64,000 nt of DNA from a virus. Made by a program: the position numbers and the translations under genes. The stretch covers positions 1 to 64,000 of the IMG/VR virus record IMGVR_UViG_3300037264_006128; one strand, given 5' to 3'. Below the pieces are notes generated by a model. The model had not been told where the DNA came from. It saw nothing but the letters and a program-made list of their open reading frames with translations, and did not search any database. How positions within the stretch are numbered: position 1 is the stretch's first letter; each line of letters begins with the position of its first letter. Below are positions 35,111 through 44,020 of the stretch, in pieces.

Positions 35111-36876
35111 GGCACTTGGACCTCCTGTGCGTTCATTCCTGGGCTAACCCCATCATCGCCAGCTTGCGCGGGGCAACGTTGGGCAACTTCTGCGGCAGAG
35201 ACAAGCGCAACCGGCGCAGCCCCGGCAGCTTGCGGGGTAACCGCAGCCATGGGGGGGATGGCAAGCGCTGCCATTTCGGCCGGTACCGGCGTGTTCGTGT
35301 GGGTCTTCGTAGGCGTTGCGGTTGGTGTCCATGCGGGGCACCCTTCCACCGACACGTCATCAACGTACCAACCGGACCACCCGAAAGATTCGTCCGACCC
35401 GAGTCGGAGCCGGAACCTGACCGACATGCCTGCGTAACCGCTTACGTCGGCAACGACGTGAACGTAACTAGCGAGGTCGGTCCACGCGAGTAAGCCACTC
35501 AAGGGGTTCCCGGTAATCGCAAGCGTAGTCGAGTAAGGGCCAATCAGCAGATCGTCGTTGGGAACTTGGGCCCACGTCGCCCCGTCGTTCGTCGATACCT
35601 CCAGGATTCCACCGTCCCAATCGTCTTCAAGGTCGGGCATGTGCCAGAATTTGAGGAGTAGTGGGTCTTGCCCAGATGGGAGAACGAGAGAGGGAGACAT
35701 CAAGCGTTGATCAGAAACACCATCTGGATTGTCGGCGTGGTAAGCGGACAACCCGCTGTATGGGTTGCTGGTGAGGATTGCCCAACTGTTATTCGTTCCA
35801 CTTGAGGTCCACCCATCTGCGCCGGACTCGAAATCGTACGCATGCAACACTTGCGTGGACGTGCCATAAGAACAGAAGGTTGGTTCTGGTGTGCTAGTTT
35901 TGGTTGCGGTTGGCGTTGCCGTAACGGTGGATGTTGCCGTTGTGGTCGAGGTTCTCGTAACGGTGAATGTTGCCGTTGGGGTCGAGGTCACTGTCGGCGG
36001 AGGCCCGCGCACAGCGCGCACCAGGGTGAAATACTGCTGAGCTGGCGCGTATTTAGAGACTTTATCCTTAATTGGCCAGTCCAGGAATTGCACGACGTTT
36101 TGCTGATTTTGAGTGTACGGGAAGTAGTAATAGCTGCTTGCTGACGCATACATCAGATGGTTCAGCATCCCGGTACAACTACAAGAGGTATTGACGCACC
36201 CGGCAACGCACCCTGCATTGAACTCAGGATACACACAAGGACCGCTATTGTCAGAGCACCCGGGAGCACCGTAGTTGATCAAAGTATCCAACTCCGAGAC
36301 TGCCGGGACAGAATCTCCCGGTAAACTCACCTGGTTCATCAAGGGGAGCCTCCAATCGGAGTACCCAGCAAAATTTGAGTCGTTTAGCGCCTTCAGCCAC
36401 GACCACACCGTGTCGCCGCTAGGGTCGAACGTCACGCATGCGCCAACCAGGCACATGTCGCACCCACCGTATGGAACCCCGGCGTTCACCCCTCGCGTCA
36501 CCGAATTGCATAGGGCAGCAAGTTCTGCCGTAGATTGGCAAAACCTCGCCGCCGCGCACTTCCCAGCCCATTGGTACCCAGCGAGCTTATCGTGTAGCCC
36601 GCCAGCCATATCCTTCTTCTCCCACATCAGCCCCGTGCAGTTGTCGGTAGTGGTGCCGTCACCGTTGTCCGTGAAGCATGAGGTGGGCGTCGGCGTCTGC
36701 GTGGCCGTCTGGGTCTGTGTGATCGTCGGCGTTTCTGCCTGCCCAAACGCAGGTATTGCCCAGACGGCCAGCGCTAGAAGTGTTGCGACGGCGAGGCTGC
36801 CACGCATGGGAAGGGGAGCCCGCGTGGCGCCTGGGAGGGGGTGCCTCGCCGTCACGCTGTCAGATGCCGCCGCCAT
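35107..36876 (-). CDS. exported DUF1566 (Lcl/C-type-lectin-fold) plus immune-inhibitor-A-like beta-sandwich protein with Thr/Pro linkers
   Basis: signal peptide; FTDNGDGTTTDNCTGLMWEKK, AGYSDWRLP, VRAVRG; DGGILEVSTNDG, GWYVDDV. Confidence 0.85.
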   Translation of the reverse strand: MAAASDSVTARHPLPGATRAPLPMRGSLAVATLLALAVWAIPAFGQAETPTITQTQTATQTPTPTSCFTDNGDGTTTDNCTGLMWEKKDMAGGLHDKLAGYQWAGKCAAARFCQSTAELAALCNSVTRGVNAGVPYGGCDMCLVGACVTFDPSGDTVWSWLKALNDSNFAGYSDWRLPLMNQVSLPGDSVPAVSELDTLINYGAPGCSDNSGPCVYPEFNAGCVAGCVNTSCSCTGMLNHLMYASASSYYYFPYTQNQQNVVQFLDWPIKDKVSKYAPAQQYFTLVRAVRGPPPTVTSTPTATFTVTRTSTTTATSTVTATPTATKTSTPEPTFCSYGTSTQVLHAYDFESGADGWTSSGTNNSWAILTSNPYSGLSAYHADNPDGVSDQRLMSPSLVLPSGQDPLLLKFWHMPDLEDDWDGGILEVSTNDGATWAQVPNDDLLIGPYSTTLAITGNPLSGLLAWTDLASYVHVVADVSGYAGMSVRFRLRLGSDESFGWSGWYVDDVSVEGCPAWTPTATPTKTHTNTPVPAEMAALAIPPMAAVTPQAAGAAPVALVSAAEVAQRCPAQAGDDGVSPGMNAQEVQVP

Positions 36877-37607
36877 CAGAACTCCACGTAAACCGGCTTC
36901 AACAGCCGCGCATTGCGCCGCCTTGGCAGGCAGCAATCGCCGCCAGCCATCAATAGCCGGTCCATGTCGTCGAAATTCATGTACATCCGGCCCTTCACGC
37001 CCCAACTGCGGCCCCAGGAGTTCTGGCCGATGAAGTACCGCTTCGGGGCGTTCACGCCGATCCAGACAACTTCATGCCCGCCGACAACGCTGCCCTTTGG
37101 GTAGATGAACCCAGTCGAACTTACCCGGCACATATGTTCGTGCCACGACAGGCCAGTCAACACCGGGCCGCGGTAGGCGATCGCAAGCGCCATCTCGTGC
37201 GCCGTGCGTGCCCAGTGGTAGGCATTGTAATACCCCAGCTTCACGCACGCCTTTGCGCCGGCAGTGGTGGAGGTACCCGAATCGTTGTTCTGGTCGTTGT
37301 CCGGATCCTCGTCCAGCGTGGTGGCCAGCCCGTACACCATGTCCCGTGCGTAGCCGTACGCCGCACGCGAAGATGGGAACTTCACCGGGGCCGGCGTAGC
37401 GATCAGTTCGCCCGTGAAGCCGCAGCCGACGCAAGTCGAGTCGTTCCCCTGCGAAAGCACCAGCGGCAGTTCCCACCGCCACGACTTGAGCGGTCGATCT
37501 ACATTCATCGCCAACCTCAGCGGGAAGTGCAACGATCGCGGGTCGTGCTCCGCGTTCCAGCCGAATCGGAATTTCGCCATTATTCTCCTCATCTCAGCGT
37601 CGATCAT
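36876..37607 (-). CDS. papain-like cysteine peptidase (C1)
   Basis: QG...TCVG, GGH, QNSWG.SWG..G catalytic motifs. Confidence 0.85.
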   Translation of the reverse strand: MIDAEMRRIMAKFRFGWNAEHDPRSLHFPLRLAMNVDRPLKSWRWELPLVLSQGNDSTCVGCGFTGELIATPAPVKFPSSRAAYGYARDMVYGLATTLDEDPDNDQNNDSGTSTTAGAKACVKLGYYNAYHWARTAHEMALAIAYRGPVLTGLSWHEHMCRVSSTGFIYPKGSVVGGHEVVWIGVNAPKRYFIGQNSWGRSWGVKGRMYMNFDDMDRLLMAGGDCCLPRRRNARLLKPVYVEF

Positions 37608-38065
37608 TTGGCCCCCACCCCCAACAACCACGCCAAGAACAAAACCAACAGTGACCCGACCACAGATGATCCACCACACAATGCGACAATTACTCCGTAA
37701 CGGCCTCGCAAATGCTCAAGTGCCTCTGCACGTTCGGATCGCAGCATTTCTGTATGTTCGGCCCGCTCATCTTCGCGCTCTTTTCGCGTGTCCTTCATCA
37801 CCTGATCAAAGTGCCTAGAACAGTTGGCCTTGATCGAGTCGATGGCCCCGTGCAGATCGCTGCACATACGCTCCACCTCTCGCGTGCGTGCCAGCAGGCC
37901 AGTCATCCCGTTGCCGTCGCCGCGCACCGCAGTCACCATGGCAGTCATGTCCCGCTGCAACACTCCGAGAATCGTGGAAGCATCACGCAACTCTCCCGTG
38001 AGTGATGCCACCAGAGCGTTGCTGCTCGTGACGGCGTGGGCGAGTTCGCGGATCAGTTGCTCCAT
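37604..38065 (-). CDS. coiled-coil protein with C-terminal TM (holin/antiholin-like)
   Basis: C-terminal hydrophobic helix; lies in the lysis region. Confidence 0.6.
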   Translation of the reverse strand: MEQLIRELAHAVTSSNALVASLTGELRDASTILGVLQRDMTAMVTAVRGDGNGMTGLLARTREVERMCSDLHGAIDSIKANCSRHFDQVMKDTRKEREDERAEHTEMLRSERAEALEHLRGRYGVIVALCGGSSVVGSLLVLFLAWLLGVGAK

Positions 38066-38551
38066 CTACTCACCTTTGGTCACGCCCAGTGCGCGTGCCG
38101 TATCGCTTAATGCCTCACGAATCTCCACCAGCTCACGCTCGATGCGGCAGCGGAAGATTGCGTATCGCAGTGTGTGTGCGACCATGAGTGGCGACAGCGC
38201 CGTCTTGGGGATGATTTCATCGGCCCCGTCTTCGATCCACTCGATTGCCGACTTGTCGTGCTCGGACGTTGTAAACACAACAATCGGCACGTCGGGGGCA
38301 AGTCCCTTGAGCCGTTGCACGGACTCCGTGCTGTTCGCGCCAGGAACCGTCGCGTCCAGCAGCACTACATCAGGTGGTTGCCGAATCGCCTCCTCCATCA
38401 TGTCCAGTGTGGCTAGTGTATTCACCACGAAGGGCGCGGTGGTTTCTGAGCCATTGGCAAGCCACTCGCGCACACGTTGGGCAGTCTCGTGCTCTGCCTG
38501 GACGACCAGCACACGAATCGGAGGAGGAAGCAGTCGGCTGCGATGATTCAT
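38066..38551 (-). CDS. stand-alone response-regulator receiver (REC) domain
   Basis: IRVLVV...PDVVLLD..VP...PIVVFT...GADEIIPK. Confidence 0.8.
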   Translation of the reverse strand: MNHRSRLLPPPIRVLVVQAEHETAQRVREWLANGSETTAPFVVNTLATLDMMEEAIRQPPDVVLLDATVPGANSTESVQRLKGLAPDVPIVVFTTSEHDKSAIEWIEDGADEIIPKTALSPLMVAHTLRYAIFRCRIERELVEIREALSDTARALGVTKGE

Positions 38552-38742
38552 AGATCCCTCACGCGACCAACGAACTCTTGCATCTCTTCCGTCACGCCCC
38601 GCAATCGCGCTTGTACATCCTCCAACTGCGCGCATGTGTCGCGCAGGCAAACGGGGGCATCTAGGGGCCGCGCATACGACAACCGCAAGTAGCGATCCGG
38701 CACTGCCGCAACGAGCATCGTGGGCGCGACGACTAAGCACAT
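38548..38742 (-). CDS. small hypothetical protein
   Basis: TAATG and ATGA overlaps with its neighbours. Confidence 0.45.
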   Translation of the reverse strand: MCLVVAPTMLVAAVPDRYLRLSYARPLDAPVCLRDTCAQLEDVQARLRGVTEEMQEFVGRVRDL

Positions 38743-39029
38743 TACTTCTTCTCGTCCACGAGAGCAGTAGCTGTTGCGACCCGCTCCTCTTTGCGCAACT
38801 CCGGCAAGGTCTTGTTCATCTCGCCGGCTGGGATTAGGCCACCGAGGCCCTGCATCGCTGCGGCAACAAACAGCCACGTCTCGCGGTCTATGAGCATGAA
38901 CATGAACGCCGGTAGCGTCCAGGTAATAGCTGCGGCAGACAGCCCAGCTCCACCTGTCAGCAGAACCAGCCGGGCGTACCGCGCGAACGCCGATTCGTCC
39001 CAGAGTAGTCGCTTCAAGAATGCAAGCAT
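38742..39029 (-). CDS. holin-like membrane protein
   Basis: AAGGAGGAG RBS, 2 hydrophobic segments, charged C-terminus. Confidence 0.6.
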   Translation of the reverse strand: MLAFLKRLLWDESAFARYARLVLLTGGAGLSAAAITWTLPAFMFMLIDRETWLFVAAAMQGLGGLIPAGEMNKTLPELRKEERVATATALVDEKK

Positions 39030-39040
39030 CTCGCTCCTCC

Positions 39041-40957
39041 TTATCCTGGCGCCTGGTAGTAGTGCGTCCGTGTCGGCGCCACCGTCCTGGTCCTAGTTGC
39101 CACTTGCCCGCAAAAAAAGCCACCCCGCAGTTCGCCGCCGTCCAGCTCCGCGCACGGCGTCTCAGGAACGGGTGTGGGCGTGATCGTGGGTGTAGGCGTC
39201 CGTGTCGCTCCGCAATATTCACAGTCAAGACTCATCTGATCCACCCCAACGCCAGCACCAGCTGATCGCATCATATTCCACGTGAATCCAGTGTCTACAC
39301 TGTTGACCAGATCGGGCGTCCAGGGGTAGTCAGACACGTACTCGATGATCTCGTCATCCGCAGGGTCGACAGAGTGCTGGACGTCCTGATAGTCGGACAG
39401 ATCGGACCCTACTGGCACGGGGGTTATTCCCGGAGCTACAAAGCGCGCATGATTATCCCAGACCCATTTTGTTCCCGGCGTTGCTGGAATCGCTCGCACT
39501 TCTACCCTGCCGGTGAGTTTGATGCCTGTCGCTTCCGTGGGAATCGGAGTAAGGTCAAATCCCGAGCAACGCATATAGCACCCATTGCCGCCATTAGGGT
39601 TGACAACGATGACTCCAGGCGTAGCCTCTCCATGCGGCGCGTACACGTTATCACTCTCCTGCGCATATTCCGGGTGTCCCAAACAATAGCCCCCTGTGGT
39701 GTTTCGGCAGTACGTCGGCTTCGCCCGCTGTGTATACAAACCGCCTGCGGGGCACGTCGGCGTGGGTGTCGCCGCTGGTGTAATTGTCGGAAGACCACGT
39801 AACCCCCAGGCGTAGTATCCCGCCGTTGGGGCATTGCATGGCCCCTCCGCAACAAAACCATTTGGATCAGTACTGAGGGTCAGGCCACGCTGAATTAGAT
39901 CGGTATTACCTTGCAGGTACGGATTCGTGGCTAGGTCTGATTGATTATGACGCAAGCCACGACACAAGTAAGCGGTTTTTGCGTCGGACGTTATCATCGC
40001 CATGCGGGCCATTCCACCGACATTAATAGCCTGCGGTTCCCTTCCGACACCAGACCAGGTGCTGGTCCATAACCAGTTGCTAACCTCAGCGTTCTTTTTT
40101 GCGGCAAAGAAGTAGTATGTTTTCCCCCCCAACACCAGATCGCCAGAGGCAACGAACCCCGTGTCTGAGAATGTCAGTAACCCAGTGCCGCACGACGTTA
40201 CACCTGTAGCCTGAAGGTAAGCGCACGACGTCGTAGTTGGCATGTCTGAGGTTTTGATTTGGTTGTATTCGGTAAAGCTCGAAGTCGTAATCGTCATCAG
40301 TACATCTGGACGCCAACCGAAATCGACCGCTTGAGTAACGCCACTGCCAATCCAGGCACCATCTGTCGCTAATGCCCAGCTTTTGCCAAAGGCGTAGTAA
40401 CAAAACCGAGTATTGTTCTGATTCACATTTTGGTTTGTCCCGAGAGTGAACCCATTATCCGTAAGGTCTAAGATTTGGGTTGTATAGCAGGTGGTTCCCC
40501 CCTGCCATCCACACGATAAATCCGATGGCATTGTGTCGGTCGCTAGAACGCCAGAGAAGTCATCGTATGCGCTTCTCACAAACACTATAGATGAGCGAAA
40601 CCCAACGGTGATCTCGCGAGCAACGCCCGTTCCTGTGTAACAGTCAAACGCAACGTCCACGAATGCGGGGGGCGTTGGGCTCGATCCAGGGGTGATTGTG
40701 GGGGTGCGAGTCCAGGTAGGGGTGTGTGTTTGTGTCGGTGTTCTTGTCAGTGTTTCCGTCGGTGTTGGGGTTCGAGTCGGAGTAATCGTCCTCGTGTTGG
40801 TCGCGGTATTCGTGGGGACAGTCGCGGTTTCGGTGGCTGTCGGAACCGTGGCCGTCTCGGTTGGCGTCTCAGTAGGGACTGTTTCTGTCGGCGACTGCGC
40901 CCACAGCGGCGCGGCGACCAGCAGGCACAGCGCGATCGCAGCAAAGGACTGCTTCAT
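39041..40957 (-). CDS. exported Thr/Pro-rich protein with tail-fibre-type repeats
   Basis: signal peptide MKQSFAAIALCLLVAAPLWA; T/P linker; three (Y/W)xGxG..(I/V)..G repeats. Confidence 0.85.
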   Translation of the reverse strand: MKQSFAAIALCLLVAAPLWAQSPTETVPTETPTETATVPTATETATVPTNTATNTRTITPTRTPTPTETLTRTPTQTHTPTWTRTPTITPGSSPTPPAFVDVAFDCYTGTGVAREITVGFRSSIVFVRSAYDDFSGVLATDTMPSDLSCGWQGGTTCYTTQILDLTDNGFTLGTNQNVNQNNTRFCYYAFGKSWALATDGAWIGSGVTQAVDFGWRPDVLMTITTSSFTEYNQIKTSDMPTTTSCAYLQATGVTSCGTGLLTFSDTGFVASGDLVLGGKTYYFFAAKKNAEVSNWLWTSTWSGVGREPQAINVGGMARMAMITSDAKTAYLCRGLRHNQSDLATNPYLQGNTDLIQRGLTLSTDPNGFVAEGPCNAPTAGYYAWGLRGLPTITPAATPTPTCPAGGLYTQRAKPTYCRNTTGGYCLGHPEYAQESDNVYAPHGEATPGVIVVNPNGGNGCYMRCSGFDLTPIPTEATGIKLTGRVEVRAIPATPGTKWVWDNHARFVAPGITPVPVGSDLSDYQDVQHSVDPADDEIIEYVSDYPWTPDLVNSVDTGFTWNMMRSAGAGVGVDQMSLDCEYCGATRTPTPTITPTPVPETPCAELDGGELRGGFFCGQVATRTRTVAPTRTHYYQAPG

Positions 40958-40973
40958 GGAAGAATCACGCCCA

Positions 40974-41087
40974 TCAATCGTCTCGCTTACTGAAGAAGTG
41001 CTCACACGCGATCAACACCAGGACCACGGTAAAGAGCCCATAGAGGAAGCCGCAGAAGATCGTGTCAAGCACACCTATGTCGTTCAT
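40974..41087 (-). CDS. 37-aa single-TM microprotein (not in the ORF track)
   Basis: [37 protein letters not shown] fills the intergenic gap. Confidence 0.45.
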   Translation of the reverse strand: MNDIGVLDTIFCGFLYGLFTVVLVLIACEHFFSKRDD

Positions 41088-41094
41088 TTCATTA

Positions 41095-42075
41095 TCAGAG
41101 GAAGATCCACGGGGTGTCGCCCCCTGGGACTTCAGTTGCGGTTGCTGTCTCGGTCATCGTGACAGTAACCGTGTGCGTTGCGGTTTGTGTCGGCGTCTCA
41201 GTTGGAACGGTTGCCGTCGCTGTCTCGGTTGGTGTCTCAGTAGGGACCGTCGCCGTCGGCGTGTTCGTCGGGGTTGCCGTCGGCGTCTCCGTCGGCGTGT
41301 TGGTCGGTGTTTGCGTCGGCGTCGCCGTCGGGGTTTCCGTCGGCGTGTTGGTCGGTGTTTGCGTCGGCGTGTTGGTCGGTGTTTGCGTCGGCGTCGCCGT
41401 CGGCGTGTTGGTCGGCGTGCTCGTGGGGACAGTGCTTGTCCGGGTTTGGGTAGGAGTTCGCGTAACCGTTGGGGTTGGGTTGTTGTAATAGATACGCACT
41501 TCAATATGGTTTACACGAGCGGTATTCGTTGTTACTCCTGTCTTTAAAACACCAATAGCGACACCCCACGTAGCAGAATTGACAAATGCGCTATCCCATG
41601 TGCTTCCCCAAAGGTCAGTAGAACCACCGTAGGTGACATACGCCTCACTTGCAGCTACGGGCCAAGCAGTACCGGACGCTTTATCGGTCCCAGTTAGGAA
41701 CCCAACCCACACCGTTTTGACAACCTTGTCCACAAAATTTGTTGATGTGCCCGACGAACTCTTCTTAAACCGTGCCTCCATACCTACCACTTGGCTTCCG
41801 ACTGGGATCGAAAAACCCCAGTTGTATCCAGCGAGGCAGTCCGAGAAGTTCCCATTAGTTGGCGCGGCAGTAGCACGATTCGTGTCGTCAGCTACTATGT
41901 AACTGTCGTTTGACCAGGGGTAGGGGGAATTACAAAGTGCGTCGCCAGTAGCCGTTCCATGGGTCGTTGACCCTGGGCTAGTCCATGCCGTTACTTCAAC
42001 CGCAAGCGTTTGCCGTGATGCAAACGCTGTGATCGCAGCAACACAAAGCAAAATGGCCAGAACTTGGCGCATCAC
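41095..42075 (-). CDS. exported beta-sandwich protein with a long (TPT)n mucin-like tail
   Basis: signal peptide; WGFSIP.GS.V.G...[11 protein letters not shown] domain; about 120 aa Thr/Pro repeat. Confidence 0.85.
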   Translation of the reverse strand: MMRQVLAILLCVAAITAFASRQTLAVEVTAWTSPGSTTHGTATGDALCNSPYPWSNDSYIVADDTNRATAAPTNGNFSDCLAGYNWGFSIPVGSQVVGMEARFKKSSSGTSTNFVDKVVKTVWVGFLTGTDKASGTAWPVAASEAYVTYGGSTDLWGSTWDSAFVNSATWGVAIGVLKTGVTTNTARVNHIEVRIYYNNPTPTVTRTPTQTRTSTVPTSTPTNTPTATPTQTPTNTPTQTPTNTPTETPTATPTQTPTNTPTETPTATPTNTPTATVPTETPTETATATVPTETPTQTATHTVTVTMTETATATEVPGGDTPWIFL

Positions 42076-42677
42076 ATTGCTGCAACCACGAGGTTTTTCA
42101 GCCGTGTGTGGCCGATAAGAGTTAGATGATACTCGTCACGGAAATACCTAATCCCGTAGGGCAGACCGGCCTGTGTTTCGACGACGATCTTCCCGGTGCA
42201 GACCTGCCGGATCGCAGCGCGATAGTTATCGAGTGTCAGACCGAGGGTGTTTGTCTCACCATCGTGCGCGTTCGGCGGTGGGATAACGCACACGACCTGC
42301 GCGTAGGGCCATGAATCGCACATTACCGAGTAAGCAGCGGTGAAATCGGCAAGCGTCGTAGATAGTATCCAATCGTTTGTACCGAGCAGGACGAACAACC
42401 GAGTTGCCCAGAGATCCTGCAAAGGTGGGACGTACGAGACGACTGCGCCGCCCATGTTCCAGAAAAACGGCTCAGTTGGGTTCCCCGCCGTCTGCCCCTC
42501 GCGCGCAAAGACGTGAGGCAAGAAATTCAGCGAATTGGACACCTGCCCCCACCATAAGTTATCCGTGTTCCCAAACGTGGTGTCTCGCGTGAGGCTATCC
42601 CCTACGAAAGCGACCGGCTCAAGTGTAGCCGCACACGGCGCGCAGAGGAGCGCGAGCAACAGCAACATTTTTTTCAT
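42072..42677 (-). CDS. exported SGNH/GDSL hydrolase
   Basis: signal peptide; GDSLT, LGTND, DEYH. Confidence 0.85.
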   Translation of the reverse strand: MKKMLLLLALLCAPCAATLEPVAFVGDSLTRDTTFGNTDNLWWGQVSNSLNFLPHVFAREGQTAGNPTEPFFWNMGGAVVSYVPPLQDLWATRLFVLLGTNDWILSTTLADFTAAYSVMCDSWPYAQVVCVIPPPNAHDGETNTLGLTLDNYRAAIRQVCTGKIVVETQAGLPYGIRYFRDEYHLTLIGHTRLKNLVVAAM

Positions 42678-42680
42678 TTC

Positions 42681-43643
42681 TCATTCCCCCAACTGATCGG
42701 TTGGGTACAGCACCGACACCGACAGCAGTTTGATGTCTGCAACAGTCGTGTTAGTGGTGTCCACCACGGTGTAACAACTCAGAGAGTCACCAGAGTTACA
42801 TGGCCCGTCGATAAACACACCCAGCGCTTGCGTATGCACACGATCATTCGCCACGCCGTGAACAATGTCTGCATCCTTCTTTATACCCCAGGTATTGTTT
42901 TCTGGATCGTCACCAGTGCGGCAGTGACAGTAGAGATCAAGGGCTAGGGTGCCAGAACCAGCAGCTTGCCAGCTTGTAAACAGGAGGTTAATGGTTGTCT
43001 CACCTGACGACCACTCCTCTGGCATCCGCTCCACGCCGAAGTCAAAACGACCATCGGCATGATCAGCGCAGGTGACGGTACTCTTGAACGGGCCACTGTT
43101 GAGCTGTTCGGTTGCTTTGACACACTGGGCACCATCCACTACCCAGGCACCAGTATGGATCAGAATAGGCTTGATCGGCCAGCTCGCGGTGAAGGTATTG
43201 CTCTCAGTGGTCAGGATGCCGGACGAAGCCCCGGTGATCCCAACAACGTCATTCGGATCAACGCAATGCGAGCACGCGAGGTTCGCAACATCAACTTCGT
43301 CAGCACCGCCGTTGGAATGACGAGCAGCGTGGGTGTTGATCGTGGCGAGGTGCGCCAGGTCGCCGGTTGGCGATTGGCAGGCGTAGTCCGTGTTCGGATC
43401 CCCGCACCGGTTGTCCACATCGCCGCACCACATTTCACCACCAACGACTGCGGGCGGCACCCCGGCCGTTACGCCGCAGTTCGGGTAGAGCGTCATCCCG
43501 GCAGGCTTGCTCGGGTTCATGTTCCGCGCCGCCTGGGTATCGCAGGTTTGGACGCCCGCCACTTCAACGCAGGCCGCGCCCCAGGCAGAGACCGGCAAGG
43601 AAACTGCAAGAATAAGAAGGGTTGCTAGTCTGAGATTCTTCAT
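42681..43643 (-). CDS. exported Cys-rich protein with a tail-fibre-type motif
   Basis: signal peptide MKNLRLATLLILAVSLPVSAWG; HAARHSNGGADEV. Confidence 0.8.
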   Translation of the reverse strand: MKNLRLATLLILAVSLPVSAWGAACVEVAGVQTCDTQAARNMNPSKPAGMTLYPNCGVTAGVPPAVVGGEMWCGDVDNRCGDPNTDYACQSPTGDLAHLATINTHAARHSNGGADEVDVANLACSHCVDPNDVVGITGASSGILTTESNTFTASWPIKPILIHTGAWVVDGAQCVKATEQLNSGPFKSTVTCADHADGRFDFGVERMPEEWSSGETTINLLFTSWQAAGSGTLALDLYCHCRTGDDPENNTWGIKKDADIVHGVANDRVHTQALGVFIDGPCNSGDSLSCYTVVDTTNTTVADIKLLSVSVLYPTDQLGE

Positions 43644-44020
43644 GCAGGGGCCTCGTGCTCGTGATCGTGCAGTATGATGCGGAAGCGAAATGCAACGTCG
43701 AATCCGTCAACATCCCCGCCCTCGTCAAATACAACACGGAAGCGGTCGCCGTCGTAGACACCAACCGGGCCTAGGTCGGTTTGCGCCTCGGTTGTGGTTG
43801 TCGCGATTGCGTTCCCACCGGGCAGGTGCCCGAACGTAGGCATGTCCCTAGTTTTGCGCTGCACGGCAAACACGCCGGAACCAGAAACGGTGGCATGCTC
43901 CACGCCGATCAGCCACGCCTTCTGCCCTGGGCCGACCGCAATGAACAGGGCGTGGGTGGTTACACCGCCAAGCGGGCCTACGATCGCCAGACATTCCGCC
44001 CTGTAGATCTCGTGTGCCAT
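43640..44020 (-). CDS. hypothetical protein (possible tail-fibre accessory)
   Basis: coupled to the tail fibre gene. Confidence 0.65.
   Translation of the reverse strand: MAHEIYRAECLAIVGPLGGVTTHALFIAVGPGQKAWLIGVEHATVSGSGVFAVQRKTRDMPTFGHLPGGNAIATTTTEAQTDLGPVGVYDGDRFRVVFDEGGDVDGFDVAFRFRIILHDHEHEAPA

Noticed and set aside
36000-36200. DGR variable region in the DUF1566 domain
   Set aside because: The fold is a known DGR target, but I saw no template repeat or reverse transcriptase in the window and the domain is not C-terminal
39273-39288. Second parS (TATTCCACGTGAATCC)
   Set aside because: Three mismatches, broken symmetry, inside a structured coding domain
40986-40992. Lone CTTACTG here and at 63961
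   Set aside because: No AGTACG half-site 12-13 nt upstream; both lie in coding sequence
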